A DNA stretch of 64,000 nucleotides. Source: an uncultured Clostridia bacterium (lineage in GTDB: Bacteria; Bacillota; Clostridia; Oscillospirales; Ruminococcaceae). A program made the position numbers and the translations under genes. The first letter of the stretch is position 1. The number at the start of each line of letters is the position of its first letter. Location of the stretch: NCBI GenBank assembly GCA_947589035.1, contig CANPYZ010000007.1, forward strand, positions 13,199 through 77,198, written 5' to 3'. Below are positions 25,675 to 35,821 of this stretch, one piece after another. The notes under the pieces are model-generated. The model searched no databases. It had not been told where the DNA came from and saw only the letters and a list, made by a program, of their open reading frames with translations.

Positions 25675-25897
25675 AAGCTGTAAATCCTTTCTTCTTGAAA
25701 ATTTTACTATCTGAGTATGATTTTCTTTGCTTTACATATTACAAATTGTAACATATAACTATGAACGTAATATGAACAAAATGTTAATTTTTTATTTATT
25801 TTCGTGAAAACAGTGAATTTTTTTTCACTTGTTTGTGTATTCATCACAAATTTTTTCTTTTCCGTTGTAACTGTTCTGTAATTTTTCAGCCGGAAAC

Positions 25898-27589
25898 TTA
25901 CATTTTTTCCGGACAAGTAATTTTCAAAATTGCCATTGCATTCCGTAAAACCTGCCCTGCTGCACGGCAAAGGTCTGTCCGAAATTCACGTATTTCAGGC
26001 GTTTCTGCGTTCTTCACACTGCACGCATCGTAAAATTGATGATATAACGTTGCTAATTCAATGGCGTATTTGGTTATTCTTGACGGGTCGTAAATTTTCG
26101 CCGCTGCTGCAACTTCAGACGGGAATGCCGCAAGATGACGAATTAATTCAATTTCCTGTGGTTTTTCCGGAACGGGAAGTTCATTCAAGGGTGTGCCTTC
26201 CTGATATAAGCCTTCTTCTTTTAACATTCTCTGAATGCTGCAAATTCTCGCATGTGCATATTGAACGTAATAAACCGGATTTTTCGAAGATTGCTCCACG
26301 GCTAAATCTAAATCAAATTCAAAATGCGAATCCGCTTCACGCATGTTAAAGAAAAATCTTGCCGCATCTAACGGAATTTCTTCTAAAAGTGTCACTAAAC
26401 CAATTGCTTTTCCACTCCGTTTAGAGACTTTAATTTGTTCGCCGTCACGCAATAATTTCACCATTTGCATTAACACAACATCTAATTTGGAAGTGTCTAC
26501 TTCTAAGGCGTTCAGGGCTGCTTTCAGTCTTGGCACATAACCATGATGGTCTGCGCCTAACACGTTAATTGCCTTGTCGAAATTTCTCGTGACTAATTTG
26601 TCACAATGATAGGCAATATCTGGGACAATATATGTTGGTATTCCATTCGCTCTGACTAAAACGAAATCTTTATCCGCTCCGAATTGTTCCGCTTTAAACC
26701 AAATTGCCCCCTCTTGTTCATAAGTGTAGCCCTTTTCTTTCAGTTTCTGCACAATGTCCATAACTGCCCCGCTTTTATGTAACGTGCTTTCGCTGAACCA
26801 ATGGTCATATTCTACACGGTAACTTTTTAAATCCCGTTCCAAACCGGAAATATTTTTCGGCAATGCAAAATCCACTAACGCTTTCCGGCGGATTTCGCTT
26901 TCTACTTCAGCGTAACGGTTCCCGTTCTCCTGATAGAAATTTTCCGCATGTTCGGTAATGTCCGCACCCTGATAAGCATCTTCCGGCATTTCAATTTCCT
27001 GACCGCATTTCTGTAAATATCTGACTTCTAAAGACGTGGCGAATTTTTCAATTTGATTTCCAGCGTCATTAATGTAAAATTCCCGTTCCGTTTCCCAGCC
27101 TGTCCATTCTAACAGTGAAGCTATGCCGTCACCTAATGCTGCACCTCTTGCATTCCCTACATGCATTGGTCCTGTCGGATTCGCTGAAACAAATTCTACT
27201 AAAGCCCGTTTCCCTTTTCCGATGTCTGATTTTCCGTACTGGTCTTTTTCTTCTAAAACGGCTTTAATCGTATCTGAAAACCAATTTTTCTTCAGGAAAA
27301 AATTTAAAAATCCTGGCCCTGCCGTTTCCGCCCGTTCAATATAACTGCCCCCGAAATATAATACTTCCGTTAGCAATTCCGCAATTTTTCTCGGTGGCAT
27401 GTGTAAAGCTTTCGCCGACACCATCGCAATATTACTTGAAAAATCGCCGTGCGATTTATCCGCCGGAATTTCTACCCGAAACGTTGGTATACTTTCCGCC
27501 GGAATTTTCCCTTCCGTAACAAGCTGACCCATTGCCTGCATTAACATTTCTTTCAGCTGTGCCTGCGCTGTTTTCATCATATCTATCAT
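25898..27589 (-). CDS. argS: Arginine--tRNA ligase
   Basis: N-terminal 'add-1' domain 'KSHGDFSSNIAMVSAK'. Class-I HIGH-like 'ANPTGPMHVGNARGAALGD'. 563 aa. Confidence 0.9.
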   Translation of the reverse strand: MIDMMKTAQAQLKEMLMQAMGQLVTEGKIPAESIPTFRVEIPADKSHGDFSSNIAMVSAKALHMPPRKIAELLTEVLYFGGSYIERAETAGPGFLNFFLKKNWFSDTIKAVLEEKDQYGKSDIGKGKRALVEFVSANPTGPMHVGNARGAALGDGIASLLEWTGWETEREFYINDAGNQIEKFATSLEVRYLQKCGQEIEMPEDAYQGADITEHAENFYQENGNRYAEVESEIRRKALVDFALPKNISGLERDLKSYRVEYDHWFSESTLHKSGAVMDIVQKLKEKGYTYEQEGAIWFKAEQFGADKDFVLVRANGIPTYIVPDIAYHCDKLVTRNFDKAINVLGADHHGYVPRLKAALNALEVDTSKLDVVLMQMVKLLRDGEQIKVSKRSGKAIGLVTLLEEIPLDAARFFFNMREADSHFEFDLDLAVEQSSKNPVYYVQYAHARICSIQRMLKEEGLYQEGTPLNELPVPEKPQEIELIRHLAAFPSEVAAAAKIYDPSRITKYAIELATLYHQFYDACSVKNAETPEIREFRTDLCRAAGQVLRNAMAILKITCPEKM

Positions 27590-28008
27590 GTTTCTTCCAC
27601 TCCATATTGCTTGATTTCAAGAATAATTTCATTATCAGATAATAATGTTGAATTAGCATCTACTGTATAGCGCATTCTTAATTTTCCGCCGTCGTCAGTT
27701 AATGCATTTTCAACAAATTTCGCCCATACGCCTACAGCGAATGTTCCGAACGGCGTTTCATAATGGCAAAAATGCTTTTTCCCCTCTTGAACAACTAAAT
27801 TTGTCTGATATGCGCCAGAACGCATAATCATAATTCGGTTTTCCGGAGAAATTCTTAATTGCATTTCGCATTTTCCCATGCCTTCCATTCCGGTTTCGAT
27901 ATACCGAATTACTCGTTCATTGTCTTCTTCAATTGTATAAGTAATTTCTGTGTCTAACAAAGTTTCCAGTTTTTCATCTTCATCATACTGTATACTTCGT
28001 AACTGCAT
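27586..28008 (-). CDS. DUF1934 (YwiB-like) beta-barrel protein
   Basis: Start chosen at MQLRSIQYDEDEK (about 140 aa). 'RIMIMRSGA' matches the YwiB block 'VLIMRSGA'. This family typically sits next to argS in Firmicutes. The longer track ORF (to 28137) would overlap murI. Confidence 0.6.
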   Translation of the reverse strand: MQLRSIQYDEDEKLETLLDTEITYTIEEDNERVIRYIETGMEGMGKCEMQLRISPENRIMIMRSGAYQTNLVVQEGKKHFCHYETPFGTFAVGVWAKFVENALTDDGGKLRMRYTVDANSTLLSDNEIILEIKQYGVEET

Positions 28009-28051
28009 GGAAAATTTTTTCTTCTGCTTTTCCAAATATTTATCACCTCGT

Positions 28052-28855
28052 TTAAATTCGACTGCTAAAGACTTGCCCGTATTCCGCATCAGGAAGAAAA
28101 TTTTTCGCATTATCCCGAAAACTGGAAACACTGTCACTCACATAATAAATATTATGCCCTGCTTCCGTGCTGTCTGTCAGCAAATCCTGCTGTTCTAAAC
28201 AAATTTTCGCATATTGGGCGGCTTCTTCTCCGGCAGATAATAATTTTACGCCGTCGCCCATAATGTCCGCAATAATTTCCCGAATGATTGGATAATGCGT
28301 GCAACCCATAATTAACACATCTACTCCGGCTTTCCGTATTGGCGTTAAATATTCTTCCGCCGCTAATCGGGTAATTTGATTATTCCTGTTCGTATAGCCG
28401 TATTCTACTAAATGCACCAGTAACGGACATGCCATTGCTGTGACATCTAAATGCGGATTAACACTGTGTAAAGCCGTTTCATAACTCCCGCTGCGAATGG
28501 TTGCCGGTGTGCCAATTACGCCAATTCTTCCGTTTTCCGTTACTTCTGCTGCCTTTTCCGCTGCCGGATAAACTACCCCTGTAAATGGCATATCTTTCAC
28601 GGGTAATTCTGCCCCTAACATGGAACTGACTGTTCCACATGCGGCAATAATCATTTTCACCGGATGCCGCCGCAAAAAAGCAATATCTTCTTTCGTGTAA
28701 CGTAAAATAGTTTGCCGGCTTCTCGTTCCGTAAGGTACTCTTGCTGTGTCCCCGAAAAAAATAATATTTTCATTAGGTAATAATTCATTCAGTGCCTTGA
28801 CCGCTGTCAAGCCCCCTAACCCTGAATCAAATACCCCGATTGCATCACGATTCAT
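28052..28855 (-). CDS. murI: Glutamate racemase
   Basis: Start at MNRDAIGVFDSGLGGLT, 8 nt after GGAGG. Catalytic Cys blocks 'IIACGTVSS' and 'LIMGCTHYP'. Confidence 0.9.
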   Translation of the reverse strand: MNRDAIGVFDSGLGGLTAVKALNELLPNENIIFFGDTARVPYGTRSRQTILRYTKEDIAFLRRHPVKMIIAACGTVSSMLGAELPVKDMPFTGVVYPAAEKAAEVTENGRIGVIGTPATIRSGSYETALHSVNPHLDVTAMACPLLVHLVEYGYTNRNNQITRLAAEEYLTPIRKAGVDVLIMGCTHYPIIREIIADIMGDGVKLLSAGEEAAQYAKICLEQQDLLTDSTEAGHNIYYVSDSVSSFRDNAKNFLPDAEYGQVFSSRI

Positions 28856-28871
28856 TGCTTTTCCTCCGGTT

Positions 28872-29942
28872 TCAGCAAGTTCTTTCCGTTGCGGCTGCCT
28901 GTTCAATCATTTTATCCACTAAATAACTTGGCGACATGCCTAAATGTTCCATGAGTTTCGGATACATGCTAATAGAAGTAAATCCCGGCATGGTGTTAAT
29001 TTCATTCAGAATCACTTCTCCGCTTTCTTTCAGGAAGAAATCTACTCTCGATAATCCACAGCAGCCAATTGCCATATACGCTTTCACGGCAATTTCCTGA
29101 ATTTCCTGAATTTTCTCTTCCGGTAATTCTGCCGGAATAGTCAATTTCGAATCTTCCTGCACATATTTTGCATTATAATCATAAAATGTATTGCTTGCGG
29201 AAATTTCCCCTACTGTGGAGGCGAATGGCGAATGATAGCCGAATACAGCCGTTTCTAATTCTCTGCCGACAATGCATTCTTCTATAATAACTTTGTCATC
29301 ATGAATAAATGCTTGCTTTACGCCGTCAATTAGTTCCTGCTTATTTTCCGCACGGCTTACCCCTATGGAAGAACCTGCATTCGCTGGCTTAATGAATAAC
29401 GGATAGCCTAATTTTTTGGCAATTGCTTCACATTTTTCTTCCATGTGCCGGAAATCCCTCTGGAAAATTTGTTCCCATTTCGCCATGTGTATGCCGTAAT
29501 ATTCCAGAATTGTATGCGCCATTGCCTTATCCATGCAAGCCGCTGAGGCTAAAAGCCCACAACCAACATAGGGAATTTTCGCTAATTCCAAAAGCCCCTG
29601 CACTGTTCCGTCTTCACCGTTCTTCCCGTGCAGAACCGGAAAAACTACGTCTACTTTCCGAATGGTTGCCCGCCCGTTATCCATAATTAAAAAGCCTTTA
29701 TGCAGCGGGTCAGGGGATAACACTGCTGAAACGCAATCCGGATTCCGTTCCCACTGTCCGGAAATAATTTCTGAAACGTCTCCCGGGTAATACAGCCATC
29801 TGCCCTTTTTCGTAATGCCAACACAAATTACATCATATTTTTCACGGGGAATATTCTTAATAATATGCGTCGCAGATTTCAATGAAATATCATGTTCGCT
29901 TGACGCACCCCCGAATAATACAGCTACTTTCAATCTTGCCAT
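28872..29942 (-). CDS. ddl: D-alanine--D-alanine ligase
   Basis: Start at MARLKVAVLFGGASSEHDISLKSA with AGGAGA RBS. ATP-grasp motifs 'GKNGEDGTVQGLLE' and 'EINTMPGFT'. Confidence 0.9.
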   Translation of the reverse strand: MARLKVAVLFGGASSEHDISLKSATHIIKNIPREKYDVICVGITKKGRWLYYPGDVSEIISGQWERNPDCVSAVLSPDPLHKGFLIMDNGRATIRKVDVVFPVLHGKNGEDGTVQGLLELAKIPYVGCGLLASAACMDKAMAHTILEYYGIHMAKWEQIFQRDFRHMEEKCEAIAKKLGYPLFIKPANAGSSIGVSRAENKQELIDGVKQAFIHDDKVIIEECIVGRELETAVFGYHSPFASTVGEISASNTFYDYNAKYVQEDSKLTIPAELPEEKIQEIQEIAVKAYMAIGCCGLSRVDFFLKESGEVILNEINTMPGFTSISMYPKLMEHLGMSPSYLVDKMIEQAAATERTC

Positions 29943-30086
29943 ATTCAAAACATCTCCTTTACGCATTAAACAATGCTTTATTATTGTATCACATTTTTGA
30001 AAAAACTGCAAGCCTTTTTCCAAAAAAACTTTCTGAAATTGCAATTTTATTTCTTCGATTCAGTTTATGAGAAAGTTTTCTTAAAA

Positions 30087-30118
30087 AGAACAACGCCCGA
30101 AATCGTTTCAGGCGTTGA
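30087..30118 (-). terminator. Rho-independent terminator
   Basis: CAACGCCtgaaacgatttcGGGCGTTG followed by TTCTTTTT on the minus strand. Confidence 0.65.
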
Positions 30119-30122
30119 AGTG

Positions 30123-30524
30123 TTATTTTCGGTTTCCGTTTTCGTCAAAATTTTCTTTCAGGGCGTTTTCTACCCGAATCATAGAAAAAATCATCACGAC
30201 AGACTGAATTATTGCTAAAATCACCACTATCCAGCAAATCATCATATTACTTTCGCAGAACATTACTGCTAATATCATAATCATCAGCGAAATCAGCAAA
30301 AGCATTTTCCCTGAAAAAATCCATAACTTTCCACAATATTCATTCGCAAATTTCCATGTATTATCATTTTTCAACGATAATTTCGTACGATAGCCCATAT
30401 ATTGATTTCTTTCGTTGCATAAATCGTTCTGAAGCCATTTACCGCAAATCCACATGATTAACGGCGCAATCATTCCTACAACGAAAAGAATTACCCGCAA
30501 AATGATATTTTCCATTAAAATCAA
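30123..30524 (-). CDS. SdpI/YhfL-family small membrane protein
   Basis: Four TM helices. The 'NERNQYMGYRTKLSLKNDNTWKFANEYCGKLW' loop matches the SdpI-family N..GxRT...W...A motif. Confidence 0.5.
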   Translation of the reverse strand: MILMENIILRVILFVVGMIAPLIMWICGKWLQNDLCNERNQYMGYRTKLSLKNDNTWKFANEYCGKLWIFSGKMLLLISLMIMILAVMFCESNMMICWIVVILAIIQSVVMIFSMIRVENALKENFDENGNRK

Positions 30525-30539
30525 TCCTTTCTTCAGAAA

Positions 30540-31214
30540 TCAGTCGTCCCACCCTTCCAACATCACGGAAATTTGTTCTCCTACTGTGCAGACTTTGCAT
30601 TCTACCCTAACGGGAGAACCGTTCATGGCTATGGTGTATTCTGATTTTACACTGTTCGGAAGATATTCTTCTTCTTTTAAGCGAATGTCAGACAAACTTC
30701 CCTGAATTGTCTCCATTTGCTGTAAGCCGGACATCTCCCGACATAATTCATTAAATTCTTCCGGCAAGTCCCTGTCTAATTCCGCTGCATCATCGGCTTC
30801 ATTGTCTGCAATCATGCTCGCTTTCAGAAATTCCGTGTCAATTGTCGCTAAAAATGCATTCAAGTCATTATCTTTGACCGCTTGCATTTGCGTTTCCACT
30901 ATGGACAAAATTTCCGTTTCATGATTCGTTGCCGGTAAAGTTTCCGCAGAAGTTTCCGCATTCGTTACGGGTAATTCATTGGAAACTGCCGGAACTGTTT
31001 CCGCAGCTGGAGCAGCTGTTTCCGGAATTTGGGCAGAAGTTTCCGCAACAACAGGAATTGTTGTTTCCACTACCTGTTGCGGTGCTGTCGTTTCTACCGC
31101 TACAGGACAGGTAACTGTTTCAACAGATGTACTCTGTGATGCTGCACACGCTGTCAGACTTCCGGCGATTAAACTAATAATGCTTACTGTTAATATTTTT
31201 TTCATCTCATTCAC
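30540..31214 (-). CDS. Lipoprotein of unknown function
   Basis: Signal peptide with lipobox 'SLTAC'. Pro/Thr/Glu-rich spacer followed by a C-terminal domain. Confidence 0.6.
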   Translation of the reverse strand: MNEMKKILTVSIISLIAGSLTACAASQSTSVETVTCPVAVETTAPQQVVETTIPVVAETSAQIPETAAPAAETVPAVSNELPVTNAETSAETLPATNHETEILSIVETQMQAVKDNDLNAFLATIDTEFLKASMIADNEADDAAELDRDLPEEFNELCREMSGLQQMETIQGSLSDIRLKEEEYLPNSVKSEYTIAMNGSPVRVECKVCTVGEQISVMLEGWDD

Positions 31215-31301
31215 CTCAACAGAAATTTTATGTCTCCATTATAACATGAATTTTTTTCCCTGTCAAGGGTTTTTCTGAAAATTCTTATCTGTATTCTATG
31301 T

Positions 31302-32699
31302 TTAGTCTTTTACTTCCGGAATTTCCTGAATTTCCGGCTGCACTTCCTTTCCTAATAAATCCGGTAATTCCATTCCGGCTTGCTGGAATAATTCATTCAA
31401 TGGCGGTACAGATTTCATCATTCCGGAAATAAAATCCGCTGTTGATGTTTTTCCGTCCGTTCCTTTTCCGGAATCCCATACAGTAATTTTATCAATTTTA
31501 ATATTTTTAATCGCTTCCACTTGTATTGAAACTAATTCTTCTATTTTTTCCGCAATCAATAATTTTACTGCTGCGTTCGCATCTCCGCCGGCAGCCTCTA
31601 CAATTTTTCTCATGCCTTCCGCCTGCCGCATTAAAATTTCCTGCTGTCCTTTCGCCTCTGCCTCCATTTTAGAGAAAATCGCATCTGCCTCACCACGGGC
31701 TTTCCGGCGAATGACTTCAGCCTCTGCCTCAGCGGCAATTTCTGCTTGTTCTTTGGCAATTTCCGCTTTTACAATGACATCAGCCTTTTGTGTGGCTTTT
31801 TCCAGTTCTGCACGGGTTTGTTCTGCCTCCTGCTGTGCGGCGTAAGCTTCTTGTTTCGCTTTAGCGGATTGTACTGCTTCCGCTGCGGTCGCCTGCCGTA
31901 AAGCTTCCGCCTCCCGTTCACGGCGTATTGCTTCCGATTGTGCAACGGCAACTTTCGCTTTATTTTCGCCCTCAATGGCGGCAGCATTAGCGGCAGAAAC
32001 TTGAACTCTCTGTTCCTGCTGGGCGTTCGCCTGACCAATTTCACCGTCACGGTTCTGTTCAGCTACACTCTTTTTCGCATCGTTTACGGCTTTTGCGGCG
32101 GCTTCTTTCCCTAAAGCATCTAAATAACCGGATTCATCTGTAATATCCGTGACATTGACGTTAATCAATCGTAAACCGATTTTTTTCAGTTCAATTTCTA
32201 CGTTCTTAGAAACTGCTACTAAAAATTTATCTCTGTCGGCGTTAATTTCTTCAATGTCCATTGTCGCAATAATTAACCTTAACTGCCCGAAAATAATATC
32301 TTTCGCTAATTCCTGAATTTCAATCATTTTCAGACCCAGTAACCGTTCAGCAGCATTTTGCATAACACCAGGTTCTGTGGAAATGCCCACTGTAAATCTT
32401 GACGGCACATTAATTCGAATGTTCTGTTTAGAAAGTGCGTTCCGTAAGTCAACATTCATTGAAATTGGTGTCAAATCTAAATATTGATATGACTGAATCA
32501 CCGGAACAATGAACGCTGCGCCTCCGTGAATGCATTTTGCACTGCGTGGCTGTCCGTTCTCATCTGTGCCAACTTTCCCGTAAATGACTAAAATTTTGTC
32601 TGACGGGCATTTCCGGTAACGGGATAACACCGCTACCAATACGGCAAACAATACCAGTACAATAACACATACTGCAATTAATACTCCAATATTTCCCAT
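31302..32699 (-). CDS. floT: Flotillin-like SPFH/band-7 protein
   Basis: N-terminal TM, SPFH core, and a long Ala/Glu-rich coiled coil (EAxxEA repeats) typical of FloT/YuaG. Confidence 0.8.
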   Translation of the reverse strand: MGNIGVLIAVCVIVLVLFAVLVAVLSRYRKCPSDKILVIYGKVGTDENGQPRSAKCIHGGAAFIVPVIQSYQYLDLTPISMNVDLRNALSKQNIRINVPSRFTVGISTEPGVMQNAAERLLGLKMIEIQELAKDIIFGQLRLIIATMDIEEINADRDKFLVAVSKNVEIELKKIGLRLINVNVTDITDESGYLDALGKEAAAKAVNDAKKSVAEQNRDGEIGQANAQQEQRVQVSAANAAAIEGENKAKVAVAQSEAIRREREAEALRQATAAEAVQSAKAKQEAYAAQQEAEQTRAELEKATQKADVIVKAEIAKEQAEIAAEAEAEVIRRKARGEADAIFSKMEAEAKGQQEILMRQAEGMRKIVEAAGGDANAAVKLLIAEKIEELVSIQVEAIKNIKIDKITVWDSGKGTDGKTSTADFISGMMKSVPPLNELFQQAGMELPDLLGKEVQPEIQEIPEVKD

Positions 32700-32734
32700 G
32701 AAAATTTCTCCTTTTTTAAAAAATAATTCAAAAA

Positions 32735-33730
32735 TTATTCAACGGTTTCTCCGTTCAGAATCAGTTCCGTTTTTCCTTCGTCCGTCATGCAAATGATTTG
32801 CCATTTTTCAGAATTTTCCCTGTCGGAAAATTTAACTTCCCATTCTGAAAATACGTTATCATGATAGAATGTCACTAACGAATAATCAATATTCACTTCC
32901 CGTTTTGCCCTTGCGTAAACATCATCTAATGAAATTAGTTCTTCCACTGTGTCCGTATTCACAAAATGATTTTCCTGCGAATTGATATTTTGATGAATGA
33001 CCTGTTCTGTTAAACCTTGCATTTGATGAACAACTTGTTCCGTGAACACTGTTCCGTTTTCTTCTAAATGATAAAAATGCGACGTGTCCCCCGTTTCCGG
33101 ATTAACAAACATTGCCGTTTCTTTCTGTTCCCCCTCCAACTGAAAAATAATTCCGTATTCCTGTTCAGAATGTACGAAAATTTCCGGTTCCGTTTCACTG
33201 AATGCACCCCAAATGAATTTTCCTTGTTTGTCAAAAGCATTCCAGCCATATAATTTTGCAGGCATTTTTTTATTGCTAAATTGGTAAAATTTTACATATT
33301 CGTTACCAGTGTTTAATTTCTTCGCCCAACAATAATATATGTTTAATTTTTCGGAAATTTCCGGTACGTCAGAATAATGCACTTCTGTGACTTCTGCATC
33401 AGGATTTTCTAAAGAATAATTTCTATATTCCGTTTCTCCGTAAATTCCCCCTTCTTTCTGCAAAATGACTGTTATTCTGTCGTCGTTCTGAAAGATATAC
33501 GGCGTTTCTTTCGTTAGTGCCTGTTCCCGTATCGTTCCATTCCGGTTGAAAACGTACCATTTCCACATTGTTCCGCCCTGAAACATAATCCGATAAACTG
33601 CGCCAAATTCCGTGTCTGAACCTGCCCTGTATCCGGCAATGTCCCTGCACAATACGATTACCCCTAATAATAACACCGGAATGATCAGCGACAAAACTTT
33701 CACAGCGGGCGTTGTTTTCCGTTTCAGCAT
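32735..33730 (-). CDS. Membrane-anchored hypothetical protein
   Basis: Single N-terminal TM helix (VKVLSLIIPVLLLGVIVL), remainder extracellular. Co-oriented between NfeD and the flotillin gene. Confidence 0.5.
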   Translation of the reverse strand: MLKRKTTPAVKVLSLIIPVLLLGVIVLCRDIAGYRAGSDTEFGAVYRIMFQGGTMWKWYVFNRNGTIREQALTKETPYIFQNDDRITVILQKEGGIYGETEYRNYSLENPDAEVTEVHYSDVPEISEKLNIYYCWAKKLNTGNEYVKFYQFSNKKMPAKLYGWNAFDKQGKFIWGAFSETEPEIFVHSEQEYGIIFQLEGEQKETAMFVNPETGDTSHFYHLEENGTVFTEQVVHQMQGLTEQVIHQNINSQENHFVNTDTVEELISLDDVYARAKREVNIDYSLVTFYHDNVFSEWEVKFSDRENSEKWQIICMTDEGKTELILNGETVE

Positions 33731-34374
33731 TTTTCTACCACCAATGTATCCCCGACAACATCGGAAACTAATACTTGCGCCCCTGTCGGAAGCAGTTCTT
33801 CTCCGGAATTGATTGCGTCCAGTTCACAGAATCTTCCTTGTAACTGCATCGTCACTTTCCCTGTGCCTTCATTCTTCGGCGGAATAGGAAGATATACTGT
33901 AGCATTTTCCCCAATTGCATTCTTTAAATTTAATGTCCCATTTTCAGCGAGTTTCGTTGCCGCCTGAACGATTTTCGCCACCACTACCATCATGCACCAG
34001 CCAACAATTGCGCCGATTAACATTCCAACTTGATTCGACAGCCCCGAACTAATGCAAATAATTGACACCCAGCCAAACACTGCAAAAAATGTAACTATCG
34101 TCTGCAATGTTAATAATTTCAGCGTTCCGAAATCTGCCGGATTTCCTCCGTCTGAAACAGTTGTGTCAAAATCTGCCTGCATTCCGTCCGGTAAACCGTC
34201 CCCGTTCAAGTCTAAATCATCTATTCCGGAAGTGTCCGAAAATTCTACCCCTGCATCATGCCCCCCGCCAATCATTGCTAAAATCATCTGCAACAGCAGA
34301 ATTAAACTTGACGGAATCGCAATGCAATATAATATTCTTAACACTAACGTCAGACTTTCCCACCATAACTGCAT
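33724..34374 (-). CDS. NfeD-like membrane protein (flotillin-associated, C-terminal OB-fold)
   Basis: Start chosen at MQLWWESL (ATG 34374, after AAGAAGGG and downstream of the TTGACA-17 bp-TATGAT promoter). Two TM hairpins and a C-terminal 'GTGKVTMQLQGRFCELDA...QVLVSDVVGDTLVVE' beta-barrel. Confidence 0.65.
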   Translation of the reverse strand: MQLWWESLTLVLRILYCIAIPSSLILLLQMILAMIGGGHDAGVEFSDTSGIDDLDLNGDGLPDGMQADFDTTVSDGGNPADFGTLKLLTLQTIVTFFAVFGWVSIICISSGLSNQVGMLIGAIVGWCMMVVVAKIVQAATKLAENGTLNLKNAIGENATVYLPIPPKNEGTGKVTMQLQGRFCELDAINSGEELLPTGAQVLVSDVVGDTLVVEKC

Positions 34375-34547
34375 GAAATTCCCTTCTTTCATGTAAATTT
34401 GATTTACTGAAACTATCATAACACAGTTTTCAGCATTTGTCAAGTATTTTTTCTGAAAAATTTTCAAAAAACACTTGCATTTTTTTCTGATTTATGTTAT
34501 GATAGTGAAAACGGCGTAAACTTAATTTACTTGAAAGGAATGATTTC

Positions 34548-35123
34548 ATGGATAATGCAGAATTAGGGAAACGCATTAAAACTGCACGGCTTGCCAAAAA
34601 AATGACTCAAAGTGATGTCGCTGGTACATTCATTACCCGTAATATGCTTAGTTTAATCGAAAGCGGTAACGCTTCCCCGTCAATGAAAACGCTTGAATAT
34701 CTTTCTAATGTCCTCGAAATTCCCATGGATAAACTCCTTTCCGATTCATGGGAAGATTTAGATTCTGATTCTTCTGATTTGCCTAATGTGAAAACACTTA
34801 CTCAGGCGAAACAATTACTTTCTGAAAAAAAATATCAGCAATTAGTCAACACCATTCCGGCGCAGGGAATGTTTAAAGATGAACTTCACGCATTGAGAAG
34901 TATTGCTCTTCTTGAAATTGCCCGTGAGCTTTCCCGTTCCGGACAAGCTGACCTCATTCAGCAAGCGGTGAATTACGCCCGTTCCGCCGCTGAAGAAGCC
35001 AATTCCGGTATTTATGCCAACCCTCACAGAGTTTTGCAGGCAAATCAAATTATTGCTGAAGCTGCACAATTTTTAAGCGATTATTATTCCCGTCTCGCTA
35101 ACGCTAACAGCAATCTTTTCTAA
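34548..35123 (+). CDS. XRE-family helix-turn-helix transcriptional regulator with a C-terminal helical/TPR-like domain
   Basis: 'LGKRIKTARLAKKMTQSDVAGTFITRNMLSLIESGNASPSMKTLEYLSNVLEIP' is a canonical HTH_XRE. Promoter TTGCAT-17 bp-TATGAT lies upstream. Confidence 0.75.
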   Translation: MDNAELGKRIKTARLAKKMTQSDVAGTFITRNMLSLIESGNASPSMKTLEYLSNVLEIPMDKLLSDSWEDLDSDSSDLPNVKTLTQAKQLLSEKKYQQLVNTIPAQGMFKDELHALRSIALLEIARELSRSGQADLIQQAVNYARSAAEEANSGIYANPHRVLQANQIIAEAAQFLSDYYSRLANANSNLF

Positions 35124-35152
35124 GATTCTTTAAAAATTTTTCCGGAAAACCC

Positions 35153-35181
35153 TTGACAAGCGATTTATTCTGTGCTATAAT
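35153..35181 (+). promoter_or_regulatory. sigma-A promoter of the rpmG-secE-nusG unit, TTGACA-17 bp-TATAAT
   Basis: TTGACA at 35153-35158 and TATAAT at 35176-35181. Followed by hairpin TACCTCtttgtGAGGTA and TTTTATTTT (possible attenuator). Confidence 0.65.
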
Positions 35182-35296
35182 AAAATTACCTCTTTGTGAG
35201 GTATTTTATTTTGTATTGCTTCACAATGAGGGAGGCAATTTTTTCCTATCCGGATCAGTCGGATAAAATTTTAATCTATCAGGAGGTGCCGCTATC

Positions 35297-35446
35297 ATGA
35301 GAACGAAAATTACTTTGGCTTGCACAGAATGCAAGCGTCGTAACTATGTCACTAAGAAAAACAAGAAAAATGACCCCGAACGTCTCGAAATGAACAAGCA
35401 CTGCAAGTTCTGCCGCAAGCATACTTTGCATAAGGAAACCAAGTAA
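35297..35446 (+). CDS. rpmG: 50S ribosomal protein L33
   Basis: 49 aa: [58 protein letters not shown]. Below the ORF-track size cut-off and found by eye. Confidence 0.9.
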   Translation: MRTKITLACTECKRRNYVTKKNKKNDPERLEMNKHCKFCRKHTLHKETK

Positions 35447-35461
35447 CGGAGGGTTCATTTT

Positions 35462-35821
35462 ATGGCAAAAGAAAAACAAGAAAAACAAGATGCTCTGACT
35501 TCCGACGAAAAAGAACCCAAAAAGGCAAAGGCTGAAAAAGCAGACAAACAAGACAAGCAGGACAAAAAAGAAAAATCTAAATCCAAAGATAAACCCAAAA
35601 AAGACAAAAACACTGAAAAAAAATCCGGCGGTGTCGGGAAATGGTTCAAAGACTTAAAAACCGAATTTCGTCTCGTCACTTGGCCTACGAAACAAACAGT
35701 AATGGTCAATTCCGGTATCGTTCTCGGAACGATTATTATTTCCAGTATTTTTGTTGGGCTTTTAGATACTGGTCTGCTCGCTTTAATTAAATTCTTGCTC
35801 AGTCTCGGTCAGAATGCTTAG
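35462..35821 (+). CDS. secE: Preprotein translocase subunit SecE with a long Lys/Asp/Glu-rich N-terminal extension
   Basis: C-terminal 'KWFKDLKTEFRLVTWPTKQTVMVNSGIVLGTIIISSIFVGLLDTGL' is the SecE TM core. Preceded by about 60 aa of KEKQEKQD...KDKPKKDK low-complexity sequence. Confidence 0.85.
   Translation: MAKEKQEKQDALTSDEKEPKKAKAEKADKQDKQDKKEKSKSKDKPKKDKNTEKKSGGVGKWFKDLKTEFRLVTWPTKQTVMVNSGIVLGTIIISSIFVGLLDTGLLALIKFLLSLGQNA

Noticed and set aside
25930-26349. 139-aa plus-strand ORF, with others at 27123-27344, 29423-29686 and 31612-31845
   Set aside because: They are antisense to the confidently identified argS, ddl and floT genes, with no RBS or promoter. Typical shadow ORFs.
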